This document shows positions 1 to 9,233 of a DNA stretch of 30,550 nucleotides, piece after piece. The notes under the pieces are model-generated. The model had not been told where the DNA came from, did no database searches, and saw only the letters and a list, made by a program, of their open reading frames with translations. The stretch lies in IMG/VR virus record IMGVR_UViG_3300035493_000198, positions 1-30,550 of that record. One strand, written 5' to 3'. The DNA is from a virus. Taxonomy: Duplodnaviria; Caudoviricetes. Both the position numbers and the translations under genes were made by a program. The stretch's first letter is position 1; every line of letters starts with the position of its first letter.

Positions 1-447
1 ATGCTCAAAAGGACGTTGCTTTTCATCGCTCTCATTTCCCCAGGAATAGCTCAAGCCGCTATCTACCAGTGCACGGTTAATGGTCAAACAGTCTTTTCTG
101 ACCAGCCCTGTGGTGAGGACTCAAAACAGATCGAGAACAGACCCGCTCCCGCGATAGGTGGACGGTTTGATACTGGCACTGATGCTGAGTTCTATCAGCC
201 AGAGAAGCGTGAGCGAACGGTCGATCCGTGCCCTTTCATCAATTCGACAGATCTACGCCGATACATTATCCAGAACAAAATCGTTCGAGGTATGAAGCCG
301 GAGGATGTGCGCAGATCGTGGGGCAGCCCATCGAGCATTCACACCGGGCGCAGAACCCAGTGGGCATACCACTACCCCAACTACTCAGCCAGTTACGTGT
401 ACTTTGAAAATGGATGCGTGACAGATTGGAGCGGTTACTACCGCTAA
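1..447 (+). CDS. Exported DUF4124-type protein with C-terminal SmpA/OmlA(BamE)-like domain (moron)
   Basis: Signal peptide ending AQA; AIYQCTVNGQTVFSDQPC motif; C-terminal IVRGMKPEDVRRSWGSP...W.Y...YVYFENGCV pattern. Confidence 0.75.
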   Translation: MLKRTLLFIALISPGIAQAAIYQCTVNGQTVFSDQPCGEDSKQIENRPAPAIGGRFDTGTDAEFYQPEKRERTVDPCPFINSTDLRRYIIQNKIVRGMKPEDVRRSWGSPSSIHTGRRTQWAYHYPNYSASYVYFENGCVTDWSGYYR

Positions 448-475
448 CCCCCAAACCCAAAGACAAGGAGGCACC

Positions 476-1270
476 GTGGGCCTTAGATCATCGATTTCAG
501 TTGTTGTCATCGCAGCGCTATTGGCAGGCTGCTCTGAGCCGAAACTAAATGCGGCAAGCGAAACCGAGCTGAAAGCATCGATCCAGGAAGTGAAAGACTC
601 CCTAGATCCATCAAAGCAACAGCAGTTTAACTCGGCGATCGTGACCATCATGGGAAGCGGAATGGATTTGGGGGCAGTGATGCGCGGAGAGCAATCTGCC
701 GAGGATATTACCCAAGGCATGCTGGCCCGTCTGGATGGCAAAACCGCCGATGAAGTGATTGCGGAAAGCGAGAGGATCATCCGTGAGCGAGAGGCCCGGC
801 AGAGAGAGCAGGCCCTGCAGGAGATAAAGGACCTCGAGGAAAAGAAAGCGGCAGCCGCGGCTGCTCAATCAGATCTTGAGAAATTCCAGGTAACCAAGTC
901 GCGGCTGTATAAGCGGGATGATGGGTTTATGAAAAAGCCCATCATTGAGCTGAGTGTCGTTAATGCCACCGACAAGGCGGTTTCCAGGGTATTTTTTGAA
1001 GGTGTTGTCGCAAGCCCGGGGCGCTCCGTTCCGTGGGTTGAAGACACCTTCAACTACTCAATCCCGGGTGGTATTGAGCCGGGAGAGAGCGCGGACTGGG
1101 CGCTTGCTCCGAACATGTTCTCAGCCTGGGCAACGGAGGTTCCTGCGGATGCCATACTGACTCTGAAGGCCTACAAACTGGAAGGGCCAGGCTATGAGCT
1201 GCCCGAGAAGTCCTTTTCAGATAATGACAAAGAACGGCTCGATACCCTAAAGAGCCGGTACCCGGATTGA
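476..1270 (+). CDS. Lipoprotein (DUF6694-like), moron
   Basis: AAGGAGG RBS before GTG; lipobox LLAG-C; helical N-domain, coiled-coil linker, beta-rich C-domain. Confidence 0.75.
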   Translation: MGLRSSISVVVIAALLAGCSEPKLNAASETELKASIQEVKDSLDPSKQQQFNSAIVTIMGSGMDLGAVMRGEQSAEDITQGMLARLDGKTADEVIAESERIIREREARQREQALQEIKDLEEKKAAAAAAQSDLEKFQVTKSRLYKRDDGFMKKPIIELSVVNATDKAVSRVFFEGVVASPGRSVPWVEDTFNYSIPGGIEPGESADWALAPNMFSAWATEVPADAILTLKAYKLEGPGYELPEKSFSDNDKERLDTLKSRYPD

Positions 1271-1492
1271 TCAGATAGTCTGATCAACCCCACTTAAAGC
1301 CGGGGCCGGCCCCTCAATCTGCCGGCCTCGGATGAACACATGATCCCCCACCTGGGCATCGCCCCGCACTCGCACTCTCGCACCGGTTACCAGCTCCACG
1401 GTTGCGCCATCGGTATGCACTGCCACTACTTCGCCCTTGTCCCTCGGCTCTGACGGCAGCACACCGAGCAGGCGTTTATACAAGTTACTCAT
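1271..1492 (-). CDS. Small tail-tip protein (OB-fold-like)
   Basis: 73 aa; last gene of the tail operon, overlapping the previous gene; GEVVAV...ATVEL...VGDHVFI pattern. Confidence 0.6.
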   Translation of the reverse strand: MSNLYKRLLGVLPSEPRDKGEVVAVHTDGATVELVTGARVRVRGDAQVGDHVFIRGRQIEGPAPALSGVDQTI

Positions 1493-3539
1493 GGGTTTCT
1501 ACTCCGATGGTCTGCCAGAGCTCCGGGCGGCTGTGGCTGATGCTCAGGCTGCGCACCAGGCCCCGGCGGGTGTTGCCTTGCTCCTGGTATTCGATCAGGG
1601 TGCCCGGGCGTATCATTCCGGTTTCTGGCAGCACCGGCAGCCGCAAGCTGATCTGGGCTTGCTTGCCGGTGTCGCCCAGCAGGGCCAGCCCTCGCTGGCG
1701 TGTCATGGCCGGGTCGGTGGCCAGTTCGTCGACGATGGTCGGGGCTGGGTTGGTGCCGCCGGTGGTACCGATGATGATGCGGTCGGCACGGCCCTGTTCG
1801 CCGCCGTGTACCCAGACGGCGTTATAGTCTGGCTTTTCCTGCCACTCGATGCCTTCCACCTCCACTACGTCCTCCGGCAGCGCAATGTCCGGGGTGGCGC
1901 TGCTCCAGTTCCAGGGCGCGGTCGGGTACCGGGGCAGAATCCGCAGGGTCTGGTCGGTGTCGTGGCTCTGGACATAGGCGCCGCCGGCTTCGGCGATGCG
2001 CTTGGCCGCGTCGATCCAGGTGCCGCTGTGGCTCCAAATGCCGGCCGGGATCTGCCAGTCCTCGATCTGCCAGTCTATCGTCCAGCCGATGGGTACGCCG
2101 TTGGTGGTCAGGGTGGCGTTCAGGGCCTGCTGGGCAGTCATGGCGCTGGTGTTGGTGTACTGCGTGACCGGTGCCAGGGGGGCGGCCAGGAACGCGGCTC
2201 TGCCCCGTCCTGAAACCCTGAGCCAGGATTGCCCGAACCGGCGCTCCCGCTGGATATTCTCTACCAGTACCCGCAGGGGCTCCCCGTTTATGGTGGCGAT
2301 CAGTTCCACCCGGGTGCTGCTGTCCGGGCGTACTTGCGCGAGGGCGCTGGCGGGTATCCGGGTTGACCAGCTCCACGTCCAGCTATCGGCGTCGATGCTG
2401 GCGCTGAAGTCCTCCGCTGGTACCGTGGTGCCGTCCAGCTCGGTCAGGGTCAGGGTGTTAATCACGGTGTATATCTCCCGTATGGGGATGGTGATGGTTT
2501 CAGCCGGTGGCGGCGGTTCGTCGCCGGGGCAGCCAAAGATCAGGGTTGTGGTGCCGTCCTGCTCTCGACAGAACCGCAGGGTGATCTGGTCGTCGTCCGG
2601 GGTGCCTGGGTCAACCGGAGGCGGCGGCCAGGTGGCCAGCCCGGGGGCCGGGTCGATGGCCTGGGCTTGGCGAATGCTTAACCGCAGCGCCAGCTTGGCG
2701 CCCTGGTTCGCCCGGATGGTCAGGGTGGCGGTTATCGGCTCCGCCTGCTGTTCGCCCAGGCGCCGGGTGGCCCTCAGCTTTACGGTTTCCGCATACCGCT
2801 GGCCGATGCCGTAGCCCACCCGGATGCCATGCTGGTGGTCCGTGGTGAACGACTGGCGTACCCGGACCGCATCGGCGTGGCCCAGGGTGGTGTTGCGGCC
2901 TTCTATTTTCAGGCCATGCTGGGCCTGGATACTCCGGCTGCCGGCCAGCTTGTCCGCTTGCTGCTGGCGGAAGCTCTGCCCCTTGGTGACCGGCAGGGTC
3001 ATGGTCTCCCGGGTTGTCAGGGTGGTACTGGTCCGGCGCATTTCCTGTTGACCGGTGCCCATCGGGGTCTGGCTGGCGCGGAAATTCCGCGACGGCAGGG
3101 CGGCTGCTACCCCGTCCGCGTCTGGCAGGTCCAGGTTCTGGTGGCCTTCGGCGTCCAGGGCCACGGCTCCGGCAGCGCTCGGTAGATCCGCCAGCAGGTC
3201 GCCCCGCAGGGTCTGGTCTATGGCCTGCAGGGTTATGTCCGCCAGCGTCGGTGCCGGCAGGGTGGCGTGCAGTGTGCCCATGATCGCCGGGGCGGTGGTT
3301 TCGCCTACGGCGGCCAGGGTTATATCCGGCAGCGCAGGGGCTGGCAGGCTGGTGCTCAGGGCGCCGTTTACGGTCGGGTATTCCGGCGCCACATAGCGGC
3401 CAAACTGGAGCGTTACCGGCCCGGGGGTTGGTTCCCTCGGGCGCAGCAGCTCCAGGATGATGCCGGGGTCTGGGGTAAACCGAAGGTCTACCGGCCCCGG
3501 GGTGTCATGCCTTCGCTTCCATAGCCTGAGCTTTATCAC
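1485..3539 (-). CDS. Tail tip/hub-like protein with Pro-rich repetitive N-terminus
   Basis: 684 aa ORF in tail operon; Trp-rich C-terminal hub-like region; internal peptide repeats. Confidence 0.65.
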   Translation of the reverse strand: MIKLRLWKRRHDTPGPVDLRFTPDPGIILELLRPREPTPGPVTLQFGRYVAPEYPTVNGALSTSLPAPALPDITLAAVGETTAPAIMGTLHATLPAPTLADITLQAIDQTLRGDLLADLPSAAGAVALDAEGHQNLDLPDADGVAAALPSRNFRASQTPMGTGQQEMRRTSTTLTTRETMTLPVTKGQSFRQQQADKLAGSRSIQAQHGLKIEGRNTTLGHADAVRVRQSFTTDHQHGIRVGYGIGQRYAETVKLRATRRLGEQQAEPITATLTIRANQGAKLALRLSIRQAQAIDPAPGLATWPPPPVDPGTPDDDQITLRFCREQDGTTTLIFGCPGDEPPPPAETITIPIREIYTVINTLTLTELDGTTVPAEDFSASIDADSWTWSWSTRIPASALAQVRPDSSTRVELIATINGEPLRVLVENIQRERRFGQSWLRVSGRGRAAFLAAPLAPVTQYTNTSAMTAQQALNATLTTNGVPIGWTIDWQIEDWQIPAGIWSHSGTWIDAAKRIAEAGGAYVQSHDTDQTLRILPRYPTAPWNWSSATPDIALPEDVVEVEGIEWQEKPDYNAVWVHGGEQGRADRIIIGTTGGTNPAPTIVDELATDPAMTRQRGLALLGDTGKQAQISLRLPVLPETGMIRPGTLIEYQEQGNTRRGLVRSLSISHSRPELWQTIGVETHE

Positions 3540-3542
3540 GGT

Positions 3543-3950
3543 TTAGCCCTGAAAGATAGCGCTGGTGATACGGGCGAACGATCCGGCCTGCAGGTTGGTG
3601 TCCTGCAGCTTTATGTCGCCATTGCCTTCCTCGTCGGTCACGGTGGCGTCAGCCCACCAAGCGCCCGCCCCGTCCAGAATGCGGGCATGGCTGGCGACTC
3701 CTGCAACCAGGGCCTGGCCTTCGATGGCGGCGGTGGTTCTGATCTGGACCTGCTCGGCGTCCAGGGTCAAAACCGCTGGCGGCATCGGCAGTTCGGCGAT
3801 CAGGGTACCGGTGCCCGGGCTGCCTGCGAATAGCTGAACCACGGCCTCCCCGGGGCTCGCGATCAGCCGGGCGTGACTTTCCTGCAGGGCCGGCAGCCGG
3901 GCCGCTTGCTGTCTTGCCGCTTCATGGGCGGGGGATAGGGTCAGGGCCAT
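3543..3950 (-). CDS. Putative virion tail protein
   Basis: 135 aa, tightly packed in the tail operon. Confidence 0.6.
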   Translation of the reverse strand: MALTLSPAHEAARQQAARLPALQESHARLIASPGEAVVQLFAGSPGTGTLIAELPMPPAVLTLDAEQVQIRTTAAIEGQALVAGVASHARILDGAGAWWADATVTDEEGNGDIKLQDTNLQAGSFARITSAIFQG

Positions 3951-3954
3951 GCTG

Positions 3955-4269
3955 TTACTCCATGGGCTCGGGGATCAGGCCGCCTTTTATGACGGGGTCG
4001 AAATCGCCGGTTTTGTCATAAGTGATAACGGTGTATCGGCCGTCTGGTAGGTGCTGAAAGCTCCACTGCCCCGTTCGCTTCGACCGATGAACTTTCACGG
4101 CAAGATAATCAGGGGGGGCGAGATTGCCCGGCGTCGTGCTGCGCTCAATCAGCAGCAATACGTCCGCAACTTTGGGGCTTCCCGCCGCATCCTGAATCAG
4201 ACCACTTAAATGGCGTTTGTTTGGCCGGTTTGCTGAGTGTACCGATAGTGTTTCGCCAGTCAGTATCAT
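3955..4269 (-). CDS. Small beta-sandwich tail-fibre-associated protein
   Basis: Start reassigned to ATG 4269 (ATGA overlap with upstream stop); GQWSFQHLPDGRYTV prealbumin-like motif. Confidence 0.6.
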   Translation of the reverse strand: MILTGETLSVHSANRPNKRHLSGLIQDAAGSPKVADVLLLIERSTTPGNLAPPDYLAVKVHRSKRTGQWSFQHLPDGRYTVITYDKTGDFDPVIKGGLIPEPME

Positions 4270-5474
4270 CGCCAGCCCCCCGTGATTTTGAAGCCGACAC
4301 AAAATATGGTCGAACCACTACCAACAAGGGCGACGATCAAAATGGGTTCCGGGTTATTGGGGCCGGCATCGAGGACGACGCCAAGTTCCCCCGCGAAATT
4401 ATCGGCCCGCTTTGTTATTGATTCGTGGCCGGAAAGCGAACTTAGAATCCCGGGCATAGTGCCCCTTAACATTCGCTGATGCTGCTGATGAACATAGATC
4501 GGGCCAACAAATATATCCCCCTCGTTAGCGGGGTTCGGATATGGATCTTCGCCGCCCAGAAAGGCAACTTTAGAATATCCATATCTTGCATAGCGATCTG
4601 ACGCCTCGGTAAGGGCATCCTTTCTTCGAGCAATCCAGCATCCTTGAACAAGCTCTTGGTTGAATCGAGATAGCTCATACTGACTAGTACCGGAGTAGCC
4701 TGAGCCTGGGTTGTTGGTTGCGTGGCCGGTAATCACGCAATTATGGTTGTCATTATTATCTATCTTGATAAAGTCGCCGAACTGATAGATGGCTGCTCGC
4801 CTAACTGCTGAGGTGTCCATGTAGGGCATGAAATAGATCCAGCTCTCATCGGCCACTAATACCCAGGGGCGAGGAAGAACAGCTGAAGAGCTCGACGCTG
4901 TGGGCCGCCATGTAAGGTCTGTCTCTTCACTCGTAGTCGGAAACGGAAGGGCGAAGTTGTCGATCCCGGTCATCTGCTCATAACCGCGGACCTGGTGCGC
5001 CGAGTTGCCGGAAGCGCTGTTATCGATTCTCAGGAAAAAGCTTGTGGCGTCCGGGTGAACTGAACGGTAGGCCGCCACTAGGTTGTCGCCGAACGCTTTT
5101 TCCCAATAGCCCGGGGCGGCCCGCTTGACGATGATGCTCCCGCTGGCGGCACCGTCAGGGATACCTGGGCAGTCAAAGGTGAATGTGGTGGCCGTGGCGC
5201 CCGTCACCCGCCATACATCGTTCAGGGCGGCGGGGGTTGCCCCTGAAATCTCGATGACGGCGTGCTTTTCAAAGTCGTTACCGCCGCTGAACTCGACAGT
5301 CGCCACCCCGGCGCTGATGGTGATTTTGTTCCCATCTGGGGCTTTAGCCCCGAAGCCGTTAACCAGGCAGGCGTCCAGAATTGCTACTAGATCGCCCGGC
5401 TGCGCCATTATTTGAGGCGCCCCTGCCATATCACTGTGAAACCATCGAACGGTGCTGTTGTTCTCTACTGCCAT
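4266..5474 (-). CDS. Tail fibre / receptor-binding protein candidate
   Basis: 402 aa; AAGGAG RBS; N-terminus LVAILDACLVNGFG typical of tail proteins; AT-richer C-terminal half. Confidence 0.65.
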   Translation of the reverse strand: MAVENNSTVRWFHSDMAGAPQIMAQPGDLVAILDACLVNGFGAKAPDGNKITISAGVATVEFSGGNDFEKHAVIEISGATPAALNDVWRVTGATATTFTFDCPGIPDGAASGSIIVKRAAPGYWEKAFGDNLVAAYRSVHPDATSFFLRIDNSASGNSAHQVRGYEQMTGIDNFALPFPTTSEETDLTWRPTASSSSAVLPRPWVLVADESWIYFMPYMDTSAVRRAAIYQFGDFIKIDNNDNHNCVITGHATNNPGSGYSGTSQYELSRFNQELVQGCWIARRKDALTEASDRYARYGYSKVAFLGGEDPYPNPANEGDIFVGPIYVHQQHQRMLRGTMPGILSSLSGHESITKRADNFAGELGVVLDAGPNNPEPILIVALVGSGSTIFCVGFKITGGWR

Positions 5475-5486
5475 GGTCTTGCTCCT

Positions 5487-8400
5487 TTAAGGTCTGTCTA
5501 TGTTGCCGAGGGCGTGGATTTCGCAGCCGTCTGCGCCGTCGCCCAGGGGCTCGTCGCTCTGCTGTATTGCCCGGGCCATCCAGAAGTCTGCCAAGGCGCC
5601 GACGGTGTTAATACGCACAACATTGCCGGCACTCCAACCGCCCCCGTTGGCCGCGACCGGAATGGTCAGGTAGGGCACGCCGCCGCTGCCGTCCTCGTCT
5701 CGGGTTCTGGGGTTGATCGGGGCGATGTCCTCGGTGAACGGCCCGCTGTAGACCAGGCCCACGCGCTGGCCGATCAGCTCCACGTTGGTGCTGCTGGTGA
5801 ACCGCAACAGCCAGCGCTCGGTTTCCGCCCCCTCGTTGGTGACAGTGATCGGGTGCGCGATGGTGTTCAGGCTGGCGGTGGCTTCGTCGCCTTCGATGGT
5901 GTCCTGCCAGGTGCCGCTCCACGTTTGCTGATCCCAGGTCGCCGACACCCGCGCCCGCCGGTCGCCGTGAATCAGGCAGCTGGCCACGATGGATTCCCCG
6001 GCTGGGTAGTCGTGGGTCAGGGGCCGGCTCAGGGTTATGTCGCCGGTTATCTGTACGTCGGTCACCAGGCGCAGGTCGCCGACGGTGTGCCTTACGGTCA
6101 CGGGCATAGCGATGCCGGTTACATCATCAAATGTCACGGTGCCGGTGGCGCGGTCCAGGCTGTAGCCCTCGGTCACTTGCTCCCCGTTGGCATCCATAAC
6201 CCGTACCCAGGCCACGCGGGGCCGGGTAGCGATGGTGCCGCCGGTGGTCACGGTTTCCGGGGCGGTTTCCTGGGGGTGCATCACCATGACCACGTCCCCG
6301 GGGCGGTAGATCGGGACGCGGCCGTCGGCCGGCAGGCGCACGGCGTCGATGCCCACGATGCTGGCGTCCAGCGGGATATACGAAAAGGCCACGGCGTTAT
6401 AGCGCAGGGTGCTGGTGATCATCGGGCGCGGGCGGTAGATTTCGCCACCCACAACGTTGCCCGGGTCATACCACCATTCTTCCTTTTCTTCCGGGCTCAG
6501 GGTGGCGTCGTCTACCCACTCCCCGAACGTGACGGCGGCGGTACCGAAGGTGTAGTTGACCGTTCCTTGCAGCAGTGGATGGTTGAACTCGCCGTTTTCG
6601 TCCGCCAGCGCGATCACCTGTTCGCCGTCCTCGGTGGTGCCGACGATCTGCAGGCTTTCCGGTTTCAGCGGGGCGCTGGGGGTTCGGAAAAAGCCTTCGG
6701 TGGCGGTCCATTCGCCGTACACGGTCAGCAGGCTGGTGATGTCAAAGCCTACGGGTTGGCCGTCCTCCCAGAAAGTCACGGAGGCGGTGCCGGCTTCGTA
6801 GTCTATCGAGCCTGCCGCTAGGCCGCTGCCGGTGTCTGGGTCTATGTCGGTCAGCAGGCTGCCGCTGCGGTCGTCGTAGGTGTTGCCGCCCAGGGTAAAG
6901 CGCACGGAGTCGGGTACGATGGGGTCCGCGATGTTGGGTGCAAGGTCCAGTTCCAGGGCCGCGATGGGGGTGGTGTCTGTGGCGGCGGTTGAAGTTGAGG
7001 ATACACCGTCTGCTGCATACCGCGCCTCACCATCCTCGCCAGTGTTAATAGCAAAGCCTCTTGTCTCGTTATTCCAAAAACTGCCACGCCAGCCGTTAAT
7101 CTGCACGCTGATTGCCGAGACGTTGATGTTTATCGTGTTACCGGTAACAGTGCCGATGATCTGGCTCGATACAACGCGCGCACCGGCAGCGCTGGATGAC
7201 CACCCATCCTTGGCGTCCTGCCTACCAACCACTAAATTGCCATTCTGCTCGACCGCTCGAACCTTCAGACGCCAGCTGAAATACTTGTGTGGTACCAACT
7301 TAATATCGATGGCCAGCGTGTTTGGCTTTGGGGTTTGGCTCAGGGCGGCCGTACCGGCCACGCTTATAGCCTCAGTTAGCTTTACCGATTCGCCAGGGTT
7401 GTCCGCCTCAAACCACTGGTAATCAATTATCAAATCCGCCCCGCGATCCGGCAGGGTGTCGAATATCAGTTCTCCGGTGCCGTCGAAGCTGTCCAAGGTG
7501 CCGGTGGCGTCTCCGGTGATCTCTCCGGCAGCGCTCACGGTGGCGGTTTTGGTTGCGCCGCCGGTGGTCCAGAGGATGGACACCGAGGCCGGAATCACCG
7601 GGCTGTTCTCCAGTGTGAACGGCAGCCGGGCTTCGTTCGCGTTGATCGCCTGGCTACCGCTGCGCACTTCGTAGTGTACCCGGGAGCCGTAGGTGTAAAT
7701 GATCTGGCTGCCTGCGTCCGGCAGGGCGCCGGTGGTCAGGGTCACGTTACCGTTTACGTAGTCGATGGTGCCGGTGCCGAATCCGGGGTCACTGCCAAAG
7801 ATCGCCCCCTCGCCATCGTCGGTCAGGGTGTACCAGTTGCCCTGGGCCATGTAGCTCACGGTGAGGGCGCCGGGGGCCGGTACCGGGGCCAGGGTTTCGA
7901 TCCAGTTGAACCGGCGGTTTTCGGCGGTCACCTGGCGGGCCAGGGTGTGGGCCTGCTGCGGCACTTCCACGGTGCGGGTGCCGGCCTCGATGCTCTGCAC
8001 CAGCTCGGGGTTCAGCATCTGGTTGGCCAGCGGTTCCTCGCTTTGGGCGGCTGGTACCAGTTGGGTGAACATGGAGGCAGCCCGCAGCTGCAGATCGCCG
8101 ATCTCCGCGGCCTGGGTGAGCGGTTGCGCACCGAAGTAGCGGGTAGCATCGGCGACGGTGGTATCCCGCAGGCGGGCGCCGGTGGTGTAGTTGTAATTAC
8201 TGGTTCGGCTTGGGGTATGGCCGGTGAAGTCGTGCCGCAGGGAATCCGATAGGTCCAAGGTTACGATCAGGCGCTGAAAGTCGCCCTGGCTATCGGTAAA
8301 GGTCTGCAGTTCGGCGGTGACTTCGGTCACCCGCACATACTGTTCTATTTCGTTGGCCTGGCCCTCGTTCTGAACCAGGCAGAGGGTTTTGCCCCGGGGC

Positions 8401-8831
8401 GGCAGGGTGGTGGTTTCGTCCCGCTGGATGATGCGGATCTGGCGCATGCCCTCGATGTGGTTTTCGTAGAGTGCGCCGGCCCACATCGGGCCTTTGAATA
8501 GATAGGCTTCAACGCGGTTCGCTGCCTGCTCCCGGGTGTCGAACGGATCATTCGTTGTGAACAGGGTGTAACCGATGGCCGGGTCCTCCGGCAGGGCCGT
8601 CACCACGGTTTTCGCGCCGCCGAATAGATCGGTACTCAGGGTGCGCACGGCCAGAAATAGCTTCCGCAAATTGAATCGACCCATGGCCCGGTCAAGGTCG
8701 CTGATGTCCTCAAAGACGTTGTTCATCACGCCGTCCGGGATTTCGTTGCCGGTGGCAGCGCCGCCGCCTTCGGGTACGTCGTCCATGACCTGGGACGCGA
8801 GGAACTTGATGTTCTGTTCTTGAATCGGCAT
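5487..8831 (-). CDS. Large tail-tip structural protein
   Basis: 1114 aa after the Dit-like gene; repeated GTIDY/GSIDY/GTVNY beta motifs. Confidence 0.75.
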   Translation of the reverse strand: MPIQEQNIKFLASQVMDDVPEGGGAATGNEIPDGVMNNVFEDISDLDRAMGRFNLRKLFLAVRTLSTDLFGGAKTVVTALPEDPAIGYTLFTTNDPFDTREQAANRVEAYLFKGPMWAGALYENHIEGMRQIRIIQRDETTTLPPRGKTLCLVQNEGQANEIEQYVRVTEVTAELQTFTDSQGDFQRLIVTLDLSDSLRHDFTGHTPSRTSNYNYTTGARLRDTTVADATRYFGAQPLTQAAEIGDLQLRAASMFTQLVPAAQSEEPLANQMLNPELVQSIEAGTRTVEVPQQAHTLARQVTAENRRFNWIETLAPVPAPGALTVSYMAQGNWYTLTDDGEGAIFGSDPGFGTGTIDYVNGNVTLTTGALPDAGSQIIYTYGSRVHYEVRSGSQAINANEARLPFTLENSPVIPASVSILWTTGGATKTATVSAAGEITGDATGTLDSFDGTGELIFDTLPDRGADLIIDYQWFEADNPGESVKLTEAISVAGTAALSQTPKPNTLAIDIKLVPHKYFSWRLKVRAVEQNGNLVVGRQDAKDGWSSSAAGARVVSSQIIGTVTGNTININVSAISVQINGWRGSFWNNETRGFAINTGEDGEARYAADGVSSTSTAATDTTPIAALELDLAPNIADPIVPDSVRFTLGGNTYDDRSGSLLTDIDPDTGSGLAAGSIDYEAGTASVTFWEDGQPVGFDITSLLTVYGEWTATEGFFRTPSAPLKPESLQIVGTTEDGEQVIALADENGEFNHPLLQGTVNYTFGTAAVTFGEWVDDATLSPEEKEEWWYDPGNVVGGEIYRPRPMITSTLRYNAVAFSYIPLDASIVGIDAVRLPADGRVPIYRPGDVVMVMHPQETAPETVTTGGTIATRPRVAWVRVMDANGEQVTEGYSLDRATGTVTFDDVTGIAMPVTVRHTVGDLRLVTDVQITGDITLSRPLTHDYPAGESIVASCLIHGDRRARVSATWDQQTWSGTWQDTIEGDEATASLNTIAHPITVTNEGAETERWLLRFTSSTNVELIGQRVGLVYSGPFTEDIAPINPRTRDEDGSGGVPYLTIPVAANGGGWSAGNVVRINTVGALADFWMARAIQQSDEPLGDGADGCEIHALGNIDRP

Positions 8832-8834
8832 GGA

Positions 8835-9233
8835 TTACGGCTCCACGGTGATGAATCGGAATGTGGGAATTACCCGGTGGTCTGGGCCGGGGTTAACCTG
8901 GAATCGCAGCGGCGTGCTTTCGTACCCCAGGCCATCGTGATGGCGGAACTGAACGGTGTGGGTCTCGCCATGGAAATCGAGGGTCAGTTTCTGGCCCGGG
9001 TTGTTGTGCCAGGTGATGATCAGGGATTCATGGCTGGCCAGCATCCACCCGCCCCGATCCGGGGCCTGCAGGGTGATGGGCTGGCCGAGCTGGGCTGCGG
9101 CTACCTGGATGATGGCCTTGCCAGTAACGCTGCGGGTAAAGCTCTGCTCAACCGGAGACCAAGTGCGATCGATCCAGTTCAGGTCTGCTGGCAGCTCTAC
9201 GGTGTTGGCGCCATCGGATAGGGTTATGCTCAC
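8835..9233 (-). CDS. Distal tail (Dit-like) protein
   Basis: 132 aa directly after the tape measure gene, overlapping its stop. Confidence 0.6.
   Translation of the reverse strand: MSITLSDGANTVELPADLNWIDRTWSPVEQSFTRSVTGKAIIQVAAAQLGQPITLQAPDRGGWMLASHESLIITWHNNPGQKLTLDFHGETHTVQFRHHDGLGYESTPLRFQVNPGPDHRVIPTFRFITVEP

Noticed and set aside
1271-8831. Diversity-generating retroelement or invertible tail-fibre cassette
   Set aside because: No reverse transcriptase, invertase, TR/VR pair or flanking inverted repeats seen in the window
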